In this document: one piece after another, positions 42,414 through 56,270 of the stretch
How positions within the stretch are numbered: the first letter of the stretch is position 1
Layout of the letters: each line of letters opens with the position of its first letter
DNA from: Eledone cirrhosa
Lineage: Eukaryota
Direction of reading: 5' to 3'
Assembly: GCA_964016885.1 (NCBI GenBank)
Contig: OZ024766.1
Span: forward strand, 16,430,001 to 16,494,000
DNA length: 64,000 nt
The notes under the pieces: model-generated
The model's input: the letters and a program-made list of their open reading frames with translations, nothing else
Database searches by the model: none
Told to the model about the DNA's origin: nothing
Program-made: the position numbers and the translations under genes

Positions 42414-43103
42414 TTATGGTTTCTTACCTGTATGGTTATATTTGTGTCTAGTTAAACTACTTAATTGAGAGAATGATTTACCACAGATATCACAGTGATA
42501 TGGCTTGTCACCTGTATGGGTACGGATGTGACAAGTTAATATACTACTTAGAGAGAATGATTGACCACAGATATCACAGCGATATGGTTTCTCTCCTGTA
42601 TGTATACTTTTGTGACTAGTTAAATTACTATTAACAAACAATGATTTACCACAGATACCACAGTGATAAGGCTTGTCTCCTGTATGAGTACGTATCTGAG
42701 AAGTTAAATTACCACTTCTAGAGAATGATTTACCACAGATATCACAGTGATATGGCTTCTCTCCTGTATGTATATGTTTGTGTGTAGTTAAATGACTACT
42801 TCGAGAGAATGATTTACCACAGATATCACAGTGATATGGCTTCTCTCCTGTATGGGTACGTTTGTGTCTAGTTAAGGCATTACTTACAGAGAATGATTTA
42901 CCACAGATATCACAGTGATATGGTTTCTCTACTGTATGTATACGTTTGTGACTAGTTAATTTACTACTAACAGAGAATGATTTAGCACAGACATCACAGT
43001 GATATGGCTTCTCTCCTCTATCCTTTGACATCTCTTCTGTAATAGCCATATCTTTAGTCATTGTTTCACATTTAATCTTCTTTTCACTCAATATATTTTC
43101 CAT
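42414..43103 (-). CDS. C2H2 zinc-finger protein, paralog 5 (7 finger units, one with His->Gln); its own upstream exon/promoter region is deleted
   Basis: 229-aa intact ORF; LTSQIRTH lacks the first His; deletion junction near 44217. Confidence 0.85.
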   Translation of the reverse strand: MENILSEKKIKCETMTKDMAITEEMSKDRGEKPYHCDVCAKSFSVSSKLTSHKRIHTVEKPYHCDICGKSFSVSNALTRHKRTHTGEKPYHCDICGKSFSRSSHLTTHKHIHTGEKPYHCDICGKSFSRSGNLTSQIRTHTGDKPYHCGICGKSLFVNSNLTSHKSIHTGEKPYRCDICGQSFSLSSILTCHIRTHTGDKPYHCDICGKSFSQLSSLTRHKYNHTGKKP

Positions 43104-43345
43104 ACTAATTTTTCTTCCCTTGGCAGAATTTACAGATGTTATTCTTTAATATTTTTTATGTTATATTCCTAAAAAATATTACTTCTGTTATATTTCCCTC
43201 AATTATGATCTCAGTTAATACCTGAAGATGATGCAAACTTCTTTGTCATTGAAGTTGAGTTAAAATACAAAATATATCTCTCATATATATACCACACAGT
43301 GAAGAAAAGGAATTTTGTCTTTAAACTCAGTTCTGAGGAAATATA

Positions 43346-43579
43346 TCACAGTAATTCTGATAGATTTATATAAACAGTGTTATATAAGTTCTGATTAAAA
43401 AGTTTTAATCTTCAAATGATGATAAATAGAGGTGATGTATCCAAGATTGAAAATAATAATTTTCACAGCAATTCTGATAGATTTATATAAACAGTGTTAT
43501 ATAAGTTCTGTTTAAAAAGTTTTAATCTTCAAATGATGATAAATAGAGGTGATGTAGCCAAGATTGAAAAAAATAATTT
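43346..43579. repeat. 117-bp tandem duplication in the 5' UTR part of the paralog 5 coding exon
   Basis: tcacag.aattctgatagatttatataaacagtg starts at 43346 and again at 43463. Confidence 0.85.
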
Positions 43580-44218
43580 ATCCCAATGTCATCTGATATT
43601 CTGAAATGAAAAAGAAACAGTATGAGATAATAGAGAATAGTTAAGAAGCAGAGATAGATTTAACAGTGGAAATTTTACCCTGCAAACTTTTTATTGAAAA
43701 ATCAAATTATTTTAGTTTTTAATTAGTTACAAGAAATCTTCCTCCACACCTGCAACCATGAGTGCATCTGGGGTTCTCTTCTCTTCAGAGAGATGGATCC
43801 TCATGAGGTGGAGAGAATACTTTGCTGATCTCCCAAACCCGATCACAACAGCATCTTCGGATGTACATGAGGTGAATCTGGTAGCGGTGACTAATCTCTC
43901 GGAGGCTGAGGTCACAAGAGCTATTAAAGAGCTCAAATGTGACCGACTCATGTGTGTCAGATGGCCTGGGTCTCTGAAATGGCACTCAAGCAAGGCAATC
44001 GGGAGTGATAATCCCAATTTATAAAAAGGGACACACGAGAGATTGTTCCAAATAGAGAGGGATCTCCTTGTTAAGCCTCCCTAGTAAAGTCTATGCTAAG
44101 TTTCTGACAAAGTGATGTAGCGAGTCCAAGCTAGCTGATGGACAGTGCTGTTTTCTCCCTGGGTGCAACATAACCAACCAAATATTCACACTGTGGCAGG
44201 TCTTTGAGAAATCGTGAA

Positions 44219-46270
44219 CAGCCAGTTAAATAAGACAACCATGGACACCTGTATGACAACTGACATTGGAAGAAGAGACTAGAAGGAGCAGTCACTGGAG
44301 TAGCCAGTTAAATAAGACAGCCATGGACACCTGTATGACAACTGACATTGGAAGAAGGGACTAGAAGGAGCAGTCACTGTAGTAGCCAGTTAAATAAGAC
44401 AGCCATGGACTCCTGTATGACAACTAACATTCGAAGAAGGGACTAGAAGGAGCAGTCACTGGAGTAGCCAGTTAAATAAGACAGCCATGGACACCTGTAT
44501 GACAACTGACATTGGAAGAAGGGACTAGAAGGAGCAATCACTGGAATAGCCAGTTAAATAAGACAGCCATGGATTCCTGTATGACAACTGACATTGGAAA
44601 GAGAGACTAGAAGGAGCAGTCACTGGAGTAGCCAGTTAAATAAGTCAGCCATGGACACCTGTATGACAACTGACGTTGGAAGAAGAGTCTAGAAGGAGCA
44701 GTCACTGGAGTAGCCAGTTAAATAAGACAGTCATGGACTCCTGTATGACAATTGACATTGGAAGAAGAGACTAGAAGGAGCAGTCACTGGAGTAGCCAGT
44801 TAAATAAGACAGCCATGGACTTCTGTATGACAACTGAGATTGGAAGAAGGGACTAGAAGGAGCAGTCACTGGAGTAGCCAGTTAAATAAGACAGCCATGG
44901 ACTCCTGTATGACAACTGACATTGGATGAAGGGACTAGAAGGAGCAGTCACTGGAGTAGCCAGTTAAATAAGACAGCCATGGACTCCTGTATGACAACTG
45001 ACATTGGAAGAAGAGATTAGAAGGAGCAGTCACTGGAGTAGCCAGTTAAATAAGTCAGCCATGGACACCTGTATGACAACTGACATTGGAAGAAGAGACT
45101 AGAAGGAGCAGTCACTGGAGTAGCCAGTTATATAAGACAGCCATGGACACCTGTATGACAACTGACATTGGAAGAAGAGACTAGAAGGGGCAATCACTGG
45201 AGTAGCCAGTTAAACAAGACAGCCATGGACACCTGTATGACAACTGACATTGGAAGAAGAGACTAGAAGGAGCAGTCACTGGAGTAGCCAGTTAAATAAG
45301 ACAGTTATGGACTCCTGTATGACAATTGACATCGGAAGAAGAGACTAGAAGGAGCAGTCACTGGAGTAGCCAGTTAAATAAGACAGCCATGGACTCCTGT
45401 ATGACAACTGACATTGGAAGAAGAGACTAGAAGGAGCAGTCACTGGAGTAGCCAGTTAAATAAGACAGCCATGGACTTCTGTATGACAACTGACATTGGC
45501 AGAAGGGACTAGAAGGAGCAGTCACTGGAGTAGCCACTTAAATAAGACAGTCATGGACTCCTGTATGACAACTAACATTCGAAGAAGGGTCTAGAAGGAG
45601 CAGTCACTGGAGTAGCCAGTTAAATAAGACAGCCATGGACACCTGTATGACAACTGACATTGGAAGAAGGGACTAGAAGGAGCAGTCACTGGAATAGCCA
45701 GTTAAATAAGACAGCCATGGACTCCTGTATGACAACTAACATTGGAAAGATAGACGAGAAGGAGCAGTCACTGGAGTAGCCAGTTAAATAAGACAGTCAT
45801 GGACACCTGTATGACAACTAACATTGGAAGAAGGGACTAGAAGGAGCAGTCACTGGAGTAGCCAGTTAAATAACAGCCATGGACACCTATATGACAACTG
45901 ATATTGGAAGAAGGGACTAGAAGGAGCAGTCACTGGAGTAGCCAGTTAAATAACAGCCATGGACTCCTGTATGACAACTGACATTGGAAAAAGGGACTAG
46001 AAGGAGTAGTCACTGGAGTAGCCAGTTAAATAAAACAGCCATAGACTCCTGTATGACAACTGACATGGGAAGAAGGGACTAGAGGGAGCAGTCACTGGAG
46101 TGGCCAATTAAATAAGACAGCCATGGACACCTGTATGACAACTGACATTGGAAGAAGCAGTCACTGGAGTAGCCAGTTAAATAAGACAGCCATGGACTTC
46201 TGTATGACAACTGACATTGGAAGAAGGGACTAGAAGGAGCAGTCACTGGAGTAGCCAGTTAAATAAGACA
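44219..46270. repeat. 82-bp minisatellite, ~25 copies
   Basis: Same unit; fused directly to the intronic RTE fragment. Confidence 0.95.
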
Positions 46271-48287
46271 GTTGTTTGCTACTATACTCACAGCATGTGG
46301 AATAAATCTCATCTTCCCTGGCAGGAGCACAAAAACAATATGTCAGACGACTATCTACGCCTAGCCCAAAGACGTTATAGCAATATATATGTGGAATCTA
46401 CCTCCAAGATTTACAATCAAGCTCTGTGCAACCTGTCCCATTGAATTCCAGCAATGCAGGATGCCAGAGCCAGAAGAAATTGAGGTAATACAATCAGTTT
46501 TTCAGGAGACAAACCATGATATTGAAGTGTTGCGTAAGTTTGTGGATGAAAATAAACCTTGACTGGTAGATGACCAGAAATATGCCTACCACAACATCAT
46601 GAAAAACATTCAACATGACAGTACCCAGCACTCTCTGTAAATGAGGTTAGCGTTAGGAAGGGCATCCATCTGTAGAAATCAAGCCTCAATCAGTTCCTGT
46701 CCCACCCTTGCAAGCAGGGAAAATGCGGACGTGAAATGAAATGATGAATGATGATGTCCCTCCCATATTTTCAATAATGTCACTTTGACGAACCAAAAGA
46801 TAAATAACAGAAAAACAGACCCTAAAATATATTTTCCGTGCTATTTCCAACTTCACCTTTTCTCTATATATAGAGAGAGCGCGAGGACAATTTGTCATGT
46901 CTTCATTACATAGGTGCTATTTTAAATAAACATCTTTTAACGGTCTGTTCTGCTATATTTTACTTTTCCACGTATATATATATACATTTATATATATATA
47001 TCAACTAGAAATTGATTGACATATAAATAAACATATGAAACAACGACAGGGGATAATTTGTAAATGTGTGTAAGCACACATAGCTAGGTAACTAAATAAA
47101 GTTTAACTAGAACTTCAAAAATAGATACCTTAGAAAATGATTAATCTTCCTTGTATATATTCCATTAAAGAAATATATTTCACCAATTAATCGATTGGTA
47201 AACGACAGTAGCCAGATCTTGGATTCTCAACAAGGAAGAAGTCCAACCATCTGTGTTTACGCATCAAGTTCAAATCAGCGACTGTCCAGTAACACGTAAT
47301 GTATCTACTAAAAATACACACATCATACCAGCTTCGTCCCAGTGGCGTGAATAGGGTTATTGTCTACTAGAAACAGCAGTCAGGTTCTTTCAACAGAGTT
47401 AGCTCTACAATTAAGAGGCCCTATTTATATATATATATATTCAAAATTAAGATAAATTAAAATGAAATTAATCTGAATCGTATCATGGGTGTCATGCCAA
47501 TAAGACAGGCGCCATATCGCTCATAAAATAAGCTCCATGGACCTTATTTTACGAGTGATATGGCGCCTGTCGTTCTGGCATGACACCCATAATTTGATAT
47601 AGATTAATTTTATTTATCTTAATTTTGGATATATATATATATATACAGAGAAAGAGAAGAGTAGACAAACAGACAATGACAAAGAAGAGGAATTAACCCC
47701 ACATCCCCAGTATTTCACTGGTATTTCATTTATTGACCTCAAAATAACGAAGCAACTTTACCTCAGTGGGATTTGTACTCTGAGAACTAGAACAGACACT
47801 GAAAATATATCAAGATGTGCACACACGTATATAAGAACACAAACATACACATACATATACACACACATATATACACAAATAAAGATAGTCATTTTCATGG
47901 ACAGAAATTTCTACACACTGACATATACACTCATACATATGTATATATATATATAGGAAAATGTTTAACCCCGACGGCAGAGCTCAAGCCATTTCGACGG
48001 TTATTTCTGGACTGTTTCCAGAAATAGCCGTCGAAACAGATTGAGCTCTGCCGTCGGGGTTAAACATTTTCCTATTACCCGCTCTACTACCCTAAGTATT
48101 GAGTACTCTGGTGCGTATATGGTCCATCTGGTTCTTTACCACACCTCCTTTGTTATATATATATATAAAATCATAAGAAATGAAAGGAGGTGTGTGGTTA
48201 CTGTAAACAAAGTTTAAGATGGTAATATGGATGAAAGGAGAGAAGAAACCCTTCATCAGCTGTAAACCGAGATCATAGATGTTTTGG

Positions 48288-48322
<35 letters not shown>

Positions 48323-48794
48323 TTTGTAAATTCTGTACCATACAGATTTGTCAGCATAAGTCTTGGTTACAACTTCTACAAATAAAATGAAAGGAGAATA
48401 ATTTCAGAACAAACAAGTTTTATTGAAAACATTAACAACATTGGTGGCACTATTTTGGGTGAGTGACATGGTTTTTATCTTGTCTGACTGTGTTTGTGTT
48501 ACATTAAGTAACCTTATGTTGGTACCACAACATTTAGAAAATGATTTACCACAGACAACACAGTGATATGGTTCCTCTCCTGTATATGTTAGTGTCTAGT
48601 AAAGTCACAACATTTAGAGAAGGATTTATCACAGACATCACAGTGATATGGTTCCTCTCCTGTATATGTTAGTGTCTAGTGAAGCCACATTTAGAGAAGG
48701 ATTTACTGCAGATATCACAGTGATATGGTTCCTCTCCTGTATATGTTAGTGTGTAGTGAAGCCACAATATTTAGAGAATGATTTACCACAGATA

Positions 48795-49364
<570 letters not shown>

Positions 49365-51029
49365 TTAATATTTTTTATATTATATTCCTAAAAAATATTT
49401 CTTCTGTTATATTTCCCTCAATTGTGATCTCAGTTAATACCTGAAGATGATGCAAACTTCTTTGTCATTGAAGTTGAGTTAAAATACAAAATATATCTTT
49501 CATATATATACCACACAGTGAAGAAAAGGAATTTTGTCTTTCAACTCAGTTCTGAGGAAATATATCAGTCATTCTGATAGATTTATATAAACAGTGTTAT
49601 ATAAGTTCTGTTTAGAAAGTTTTAATCTTCAAATGATGATAAATAGAGGTGATGTATCCAAGATTGAAAATAATAATTTATCCTAATGTCATCTGATATT
49701 CTGAAATGAAAAAGAAACAGTATGAAATAATAGAGAATACTTAAGAAGCAGAGATAGATTTAACAGTGGAAATTTTACATCTATAAACCTTGGAAACTTT
49801 TTATTGAAAAATCAAATTATTTTAGTTTTTAATTAGTTACAAGAAATCTTTCTCCACACCTGCAACCATGAGTGCATCTGGGGTTCTTTTCTCTTCAGAG
49901 AGATGGATCCTCATGAGGTGGAGAGAATACTTTGCTGATCTCCCAAACCCGATCACAACAGCATCTTCGGATGTACATGAGGTGAATCTGATAGCGGTGA
50001 CTAATCTCTCGGAGGCTGAGGTCACAAGAGCAATTAAAGAGCTCAAATATGACCGACTCATGTGTGTCAGATGGCCTGGGTCTCTGAAATGGCACTCGGG
50101 AGTGATAATCCTAATTTATAAAAAGGGAGACACGAGAGATTGTTCCAAATAGAGAGGGATCACCTTGTTAAGCCTCCCTGGTAAAGTCTATGCTAAGTTT
50201 CTGGCAAAGTGATGTAGCGAGTCCGAGCTAGCTGATGGACAGTGAAGTTTGCTCCCTGGGTGCAACATAACCCACCAAATATTCACACTGTGGCAGGTCT
50301 TTGAGAAATCGTGGGAGTATTGCTAAGAGGTATATATTATCGTTTTATAGACCTTGAAAATGCATATGATCGCATTCTTCAGGACCTGCTGAGCATACAG
50401 GAGTTCCCATGGGCAGCCAGTCTTAAACATCTCTGTTATAGGCTGCAGGATGATAATAACTAAGTGAGGGCTAAGAACAGAGCCCTGGTGGACACCAGAC
50501 TACACTCCAAATTCTTCACTATAATTGTTTCTATTTTAAACACAAGGCCAGCAATTACCCAGTACATTACTGGTACTTTATTTTATCGACCCGGTATGGA
50601 TGTAAGGCAAAGTTAACCTCGGCTGGATTTGAACTCAGATCATAAAGGGACATAACTCTGTGCCTCAAAGCATGGTGTCCGACTCTCTACCGATACTGCC
50701 ACTTCACTATAATGAATGTTAATCCTGACATTGCTGACTGCTCTTCTATACATGGCTTTATGATCCTCTATACAAGACATGTATCAGACGGTTATTCAGC
50801 TAGCTCTTTAGAGTATTAGAACCTTATTATGTACAGCCACCAAGATCCCACACCAACAGATGTCCCTTCACGATCAAAGCAGTGCCCTGAAATACAGATA
50901 CTCAACCCCTACTTGGCTGGCTAATCAGACATAATTATAATGAAATGAAACCCACAATAAAGTAATGTTCAACCATAAGTAGATGAAGTTAATTAAATTG
51001 TAAGAGATTTAGACTAAAACAGACAAAAT

Positions 51030-52179
51030 ATTAATTTACTTAAAGCAACAACAAGGTACAGCTAAATATAAACTATATTTTATAATGTAAGGTAGTGAAC
51101 AAGTTAATTAAATAGACGGAGGTAATTTAAATAATAAATATATCTTTAATTTACTTAAAGCAATAACAAGGTACAGCTAAATATAAACTATATTTTATAA
51201 TGTAAGGTAGTGAACAAGATAATTAAATAGATGGAGGTAATTTAAAGAATAAAAATATCTTTAACTTACTTAAAGCAATGACAAGGTACAGCTAAATATA
51301 AACTATATTTTATAATGTAAGGTAGTGAACCACATAATTAAATAGACGGAGGTAATTTAAATAATAAATATATCTTTAATTTACTTAAAGCAATAACAAG
51401 GTACAGCTAAATATAAACTATATTTTATAATGTAAGGTAGTGAACAAGATAATTAAATAGACGGAGGTAATTTAAATAATAAATATATCTTTAATTTACT
51501 TAAAGCAACAACAAGGTACAGCTAAATATAAAATATATTTTATAATGTAAAGTAGTGAACCACATAATTAAATAGACGGAGGTAATTTAAATAATAAATA
51601 TATCTTTAATTTACTTAAAGCAACAACAAGGTACAGCTAAATATAAAATATATTTTATAATGTATGGTAGTGAACAAGATAATTAAATAGACGGAGGTAA
51701 TTTAAATAATAAATATATCTTTAATTTACTTAAAGCAACAACAAGGTACAGCTAAATATAAACTATATTTTATAATGTAAAGTAGTGAACAAGATAATTA
51801 AATAGACGGAGGTAATTTAGATAATAAATATATCTTTAATTTACTTAAAGCAATGACAAGGTACAGCTAAATATAAACTATATTTTATAATGTAAGGTAG
51901 TGAACAAGATAATTAAATAGATGGAGGTAATTTAGATAATAAATACATCTTTAATTTACTTAAAGCAACAACAAGGTACAGCTAAATATAAACTATATTT
52001 TATAATGTAAGGTAGTGAACAAGATAATTAAATAGACGGAGGTAATTTAAATAATAAATATATCTTTAATTTACTTAAAGCAATGACAAGGTACAGCTAA
52101 ATATAAACTATATTTTATAATGTAAGGTAGTGAAAAAGATAATTAAATAGACGGAGGTAATTTAAATAATAAATATATC
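51030..52179. repeat. 115-bp satellite, ~10 copies, interrupted by the Gypsy element and resuming at 56271-56385
   Basis: Same unit; phase preserved across the insertion. Confidence 0.9.
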
Positions 52180-52453
52180 TGTGGGTATGGTGTGGGGTGC
52201 AGTGGCCGGAGTGCTCGACCGGAAGGGGTTTTTGAGTGCTCGACAGGAAGGGGTCTTTGACCGGAAGGATGCTCGACCGGAAGGGCCAGGAGAGGGCCTC
52301 AGCATACGGTGAGGATGCGTTTTGGGCAGCTCCCGGTTTTAAGCAGTCGGACGCACGTGGAAGAGGAGTACCTGCAGTGGAATTTAGCGGCGCCTGTGAA
52401 AAGCGGTAAGTGAGATAGCTTTTTCTAACCACAAGCTATTTCGGCGACTGAAT
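52180..52453 (+). repeat. 5' LTR-like repeat, followed by an A-rich tract to ~52495
   Basis: 52185-52364 aligns with 56105-56270; internal gaccggaagg repeats; AATAAA runs into poly(A). Confidence 0.75.
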
Positions 52454-52465
52454 AAAAAAAAGAAG

Positions 52466-52496
<31 letters not shown>

Positions 52497-52520
52497 ACTT
52501 GCCGCAAAACAAATCAGAAG

Positions 52521-53282
52521 ATGGCGACAAGACTACGGATGAACGAAGCTATCAGGCCATTCACCGGGAAAGGTGATGTTGTCGCTTGGCTGCGGAAGGT
52601 TCGGCTGGTCGCGGGCTTGCAGAAGATAGAAGACGTGGCCGGCCTCATGGCATTGTACCTCGAGGGCGACGTGTTGGTACTCTTCCTTGAGTTGGACGAG
52701 CACAGCCAAAGAGATGTGCAGAAGATTGAGAGGCGTCTGATGGATGCATTCGCCGAGGGACCGTTGGCGGCTTTTGCTAAGCTGGCGAGAATCAGGTGGA
52801 ATGGTGAGCGCGTCGACATTTTCGCAGCGGAAATACGGCGGTTGGCCATGTTGGCGGGTTACCAGGCGGAATGCGAACGCACGGTGCGGTTGGCGTTCAT
52901 CAATGGATTTCCGGACGACATAGCGGTGAAACTGCAGCAAGTCCCGGGGTACAAGGAGATGGAAATGCGTACACTGGTGGAACAAGCCCGGATCATAGCG
53001 GAAGATGCCAAAAAGAGTGTTGCGGAGATAGCAACTACGGAGGCTCAGGACACCTGGCAGCGAAATGGTCAAAGGGAGGCAACCTCGGCACGCGGCCGTT
53101 CGCGAGAATTTAAGGGCCGCTGTTTTAGGTGTCAGGGCCCGCATATGGCTAGAGACTGTAGAGAGTCGAAGCCGGATATAATTTGCTACCGGTGTAAGCG
53201 ACCAGGCCACATCGCTACTAACTGCGACCAGGGAAACGGTCCAAGGGGAACTACTGCGCCGGTAGTTGCCCCTTACGAGTAG
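52521..53282 (+). CDS. gag: Gag with two zinc knuckles
   Basis: 253-aa ORF containing CFRCQGPHMARDC and CYRCKRPGHIATNC. Confidence 0.9.
   Translation: MATRLRMNEAIRPFTGKGDVVAWLRKVRLVAGLQKIEDVAGLMALYLEGDVLVLFLELDEHSQRDVQKIERRLMDAFAEGPLAAFAKLARIRWNGERVDIFAAEIRRLAMLAGYQAECERTVRLAFINGFPDDIAVKLQQVPGYKEMEMRTLVEQARIIAEDAKKSVAEIATTEAQDTWQRNGQREATSARGRSREFKGRCFRCQGPHMARDCRESKPDIICYRCKRPGHIATNCDQGNGPRGTTAPVVAPYE
53231..53274 (+). promoter_or_regulatory. -1 programmed ribosomal frameshift signal
   Basis: G GGA AAC in the gag frame, 5-nt spacer, stem-loop aaggggaactac/gtagtt(g)cccctt; the -1 frame is open into the protease. Confidence 0.8.
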
Positions 53283-56093
53283 CGGCGCTGCCCGTGGTGG
53301 AAGTCTTCGTGAGGGGGAAGCCACAGCGAGCCCTCGTGGATACGGGCTGTACGACGACACTGTGGACCGCGGGGGTGGCGCAGAGGTGGGGAGGGAAGAG
53401 CAGCGTAAGGGCAGTCGACGGCAGGAAAATTGAATGCCGAGGTCGCAGCGAGATGGAAATAGCGGTTCGGGGAAGGAGGATAAGGCTTTCCGCCATCGTG
53501 GTAGACAGTGTGGTGGATGGGATCGGCGTGGTTATGGGCTTGGACGCGATTGGCCGTCTAGGGGGCGTCACAGTGAACAATGTCGGTGTGTCGTTTGGCG
53601 CCGCTGCATCAGTATGCGCTGTGAGTGCACGTCATGAGAACCAGAAGGCCCACGAGGAGCAATACCCCGCTTACACTGTACAGGACAAAGACTTCAAGGC
53701 CGTGTTTGATGGGCAGCGATGGGTTGTTGAGTGGTACTGGAAGGGAGAACCACCAACACTGAAGACCAAAGTGGGCTGCTATCAACACACATTGAAGGGA
53801 AACGCTAGGGGCGAGTTCGAGCGAGAAGTAGAGAGATGGATCGAAGAGGGCATACTGCTTCCCTGGAAGGAGGAGGTGAAGTGCAGAGTATTGCCGTTGA
53901 TGGCGGTGGTGCAACCCACGAAGAGCAAGGTGAGGCCGGTGCTGGACTATCGAGAGCTGAACGAGCACGTGTCATGCCACACGGGTGGCGAGGTCACGGA
54001 TGTCTGGGGAAACCCTGCGTGAGTGGAGACGCATGACGGGGGGTTCAGCGATCGTGGATCTAAAGTCGGCTTACTTGCAGTTGCATATAGATGAGAAGCT
54101 CTGGCGGTATCAGCTGGTCAGGTATAAGGGCCGGATATATTGCCTGACCAGGCTCGGTTTCGGGCTGAGCTCCGCACCGAAGATCATGGCGGCGGTCCTC
54201 AAGACCGCTCTGGGGAGGGCCGACAAGATAAAGAGGGCCACTAACTCCTACATTGACGACATCCTAGTGGATAAGTCGGTGGTGTCGACGGCGGAGGTCA
54301 CGAGCCATTTGCGGAGGTATGGACTGGCTGCGAAGCCGTCAGAAGCGTTGGAGGGAGGAGCCGCGCTGGGACTTAGGCTACGGCGAGACAGGACGGGCGT
54401 CTTGGTGTTCCAGAGGGGAAACGAAGTTCCGGAACTGGGCCCAAGTATGAGTAGGCGGGAGCTTTTCTCGGTGTGTGGAAAGCTGGTGGGTCACTACCCG
54501 ATCGCTGGGTGGCTCCGGACGGCATGCAGCTATGTCAAGAGACGAGCGGGAGGGGTGACTTGGAGTGACAGAGTGGGAGAGAGAACGGTGGCCATGATGC
54601 AGGAGATCGTGGGGGAGGGTGAAGGCCGATGACCCAGTGCGGGGACGCTGGTACGTTCCCAAATCACGGGGCGGGACCGTATGGTGCGATGCCAGCAGCA
54701 TAGCGCTGGGTGTCACGTTGGAGATAGGAGGTGTTGAGGTCGAGGATGCAGCCTGGCTTAGAAAGAAGGACGACTGCAGCCACATCAATGTGGCCGAGCT
54801 GGACGCGGTGTTGAGAGGGGTGAACCTCGCCCTGCGGTGGGGGCTGCGCACCATCGAGATACGCACCGACTCGGATGGGTAAGATCAGTGCTCACCAGTG
54901 AGAAGAGAGTGCGAACGAGAGGCGCGGCGGAGATGCTGATAAAGCGCCGCCTGGGAACGTTAGGAGAGCTGGCCACCGAGTTCGACCTGAAGCTGAGCGT
55001 AGTTTTCGTGCCCTCAGAGAAAAATAGGGCGGACATCTTAACTAGAGTGAAGAAAGCCTGGATGGAAGCGCCGGAGGAGGTAGAGGATGAGATAGCTGCC
55101 GTGTGTCGGCTGACCGAGTTAGACCTGAAGGGGTTGCATGACATGCACCACATGGGGGTGGATAGGAGCCTGTTCCTAGCCAGGAGAATCGACTCGGACG
55201 TTAGCAGACACAGTGTTCGGGGGGTGGTTAGAGGCTGCGTCCGATGTCAGTCCATTGATCCCGCCCCGGGTGTACACGAAACGGGAAGCCTCCCGGTGGA
55301 TCGCGACTGGAAGCGATTAGCGGTGGATGTGACGCACTACCGGCAGGGAACGTACCTCTCGATGGTCGACTGTGGACCAGGTCGAGTGGCGATATGGAGG
55401 GAGATGAAGACTGGAACGGCCGAGGAAATCGTGCGGACGTTGAGAGAGGTGTTCTTGGAGCGGGGCCCTGTGGATGAACTGCTGATGGACAACAGCGCAG
55501 CGTTCCGCTCGGAGACACTGAGGGGGATGCTCGAGGGATGGAAGGTGGACCGTTTCTTCAGAGCGGCGCACAGGCCGAGCGGGAATGGAATCGTGGAGCG
55601 ACACCACCGGACGATCAAGGCAATGGCGGAGCGGGGCCATATCTCACCAATGGAGGCAGTGTTCTGGTACAATATGTCCCCTCGGGTTGGACAGGTCGAG
55701 GAATCGGTCCCACACAGAGCAGTATTCAAATACGAGTGGCGGCACCCGTGCACGCCACCACAACGGCCAGTGGGGAGAGAGAGTGCATTCGTGCAGGTGG
55801 GCGAAGAAGTCTGGGTTAAGCCCCCAGATGCACGGTGCACATCTCAATGGGGAAGGGGAACGGTGACGGCCGTAAATTCAAAGAACAATGTGTCCGTGGA
55901 CGGGGTACCATGTCATGTCCTGGATGTAAGAAGAATCACTGTATCGACGGACTCCGAGGAAGAGGAAACCCAAGATGAGGTGGAAACCCAGAGCCCTGCC
56001 CCAATACTACGAAGATCGCAACGAAGTCGTAGACCACCGACCTGGACGGCAGACTTTCATATGCAGAGGGACGAGGGGGAAATTGATCCTTGA
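53231..56093 (+). pseudogene. pol: Pol (protease, RT, RNase H, integrase) broken by three frameshifts near 54005, 54618 and 54873
   Basis: ALVDTG; VDLKSAY, LGFGLSSAP, YIDDI; WCDAS, HINVAELDAV, TDS; H-H-C-C and D-D-E (VDVT, MDN, VER) across four consecutive ORFs. Confidence 0.88.
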
Positions 56094-56103
56094 GATCGGG
56101 GGG

Positions 56104-56270
56104 TGTATGGTGTGGCGTGCGGTGGCCGGAGGCGGGGGGCTCGACCGGAAGGGGTCTTTGACCGGAAGGATGCTCGACCGGAAGGGCCTCTCTCTAGTGG
56201 TGACCAGCATACGGTGAGGACGCGTTTTGGCCAGCTCCCGGTGTTAAACAGTCGGACGCACGTGGAAGAG
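56104..56270 (+). repeat. 3' LTR-like repeat (short), preceded by a polypurine-tract-like gagatcgggggg
   Basis: Starts TGTATGG after the G run and ends cacgtggaagag without a terminal CA. Confidence 0.75.

Larger units (their letters stand above)
52180..56270 (+). mobile_element. Ty3/Gypsy-type LTR retrotransposon inserted in the intron of paralog 6, antisense to it; TSD TATC (or TATCT)
   Basis: GC-rich island; gag then PR-RT-RNaseH-IN order; terminal direct repeats; TATC at 52176-52179 and 56271-56274. Confidence 0.92.

Noticed and set aside
52514-55866. Many overlapping and antisense ORFs in the Gypsy element
   Set aside because: Expected in GC-rich coding DNA; no recognisable motifs and no env-like ORF.
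52180-56270. Bacterial contamination or horizontal gene island suggested by the GC jump
   Set aside because: Explained by retrotransposon gag-pol, with a target-site duplication in the host satellite.
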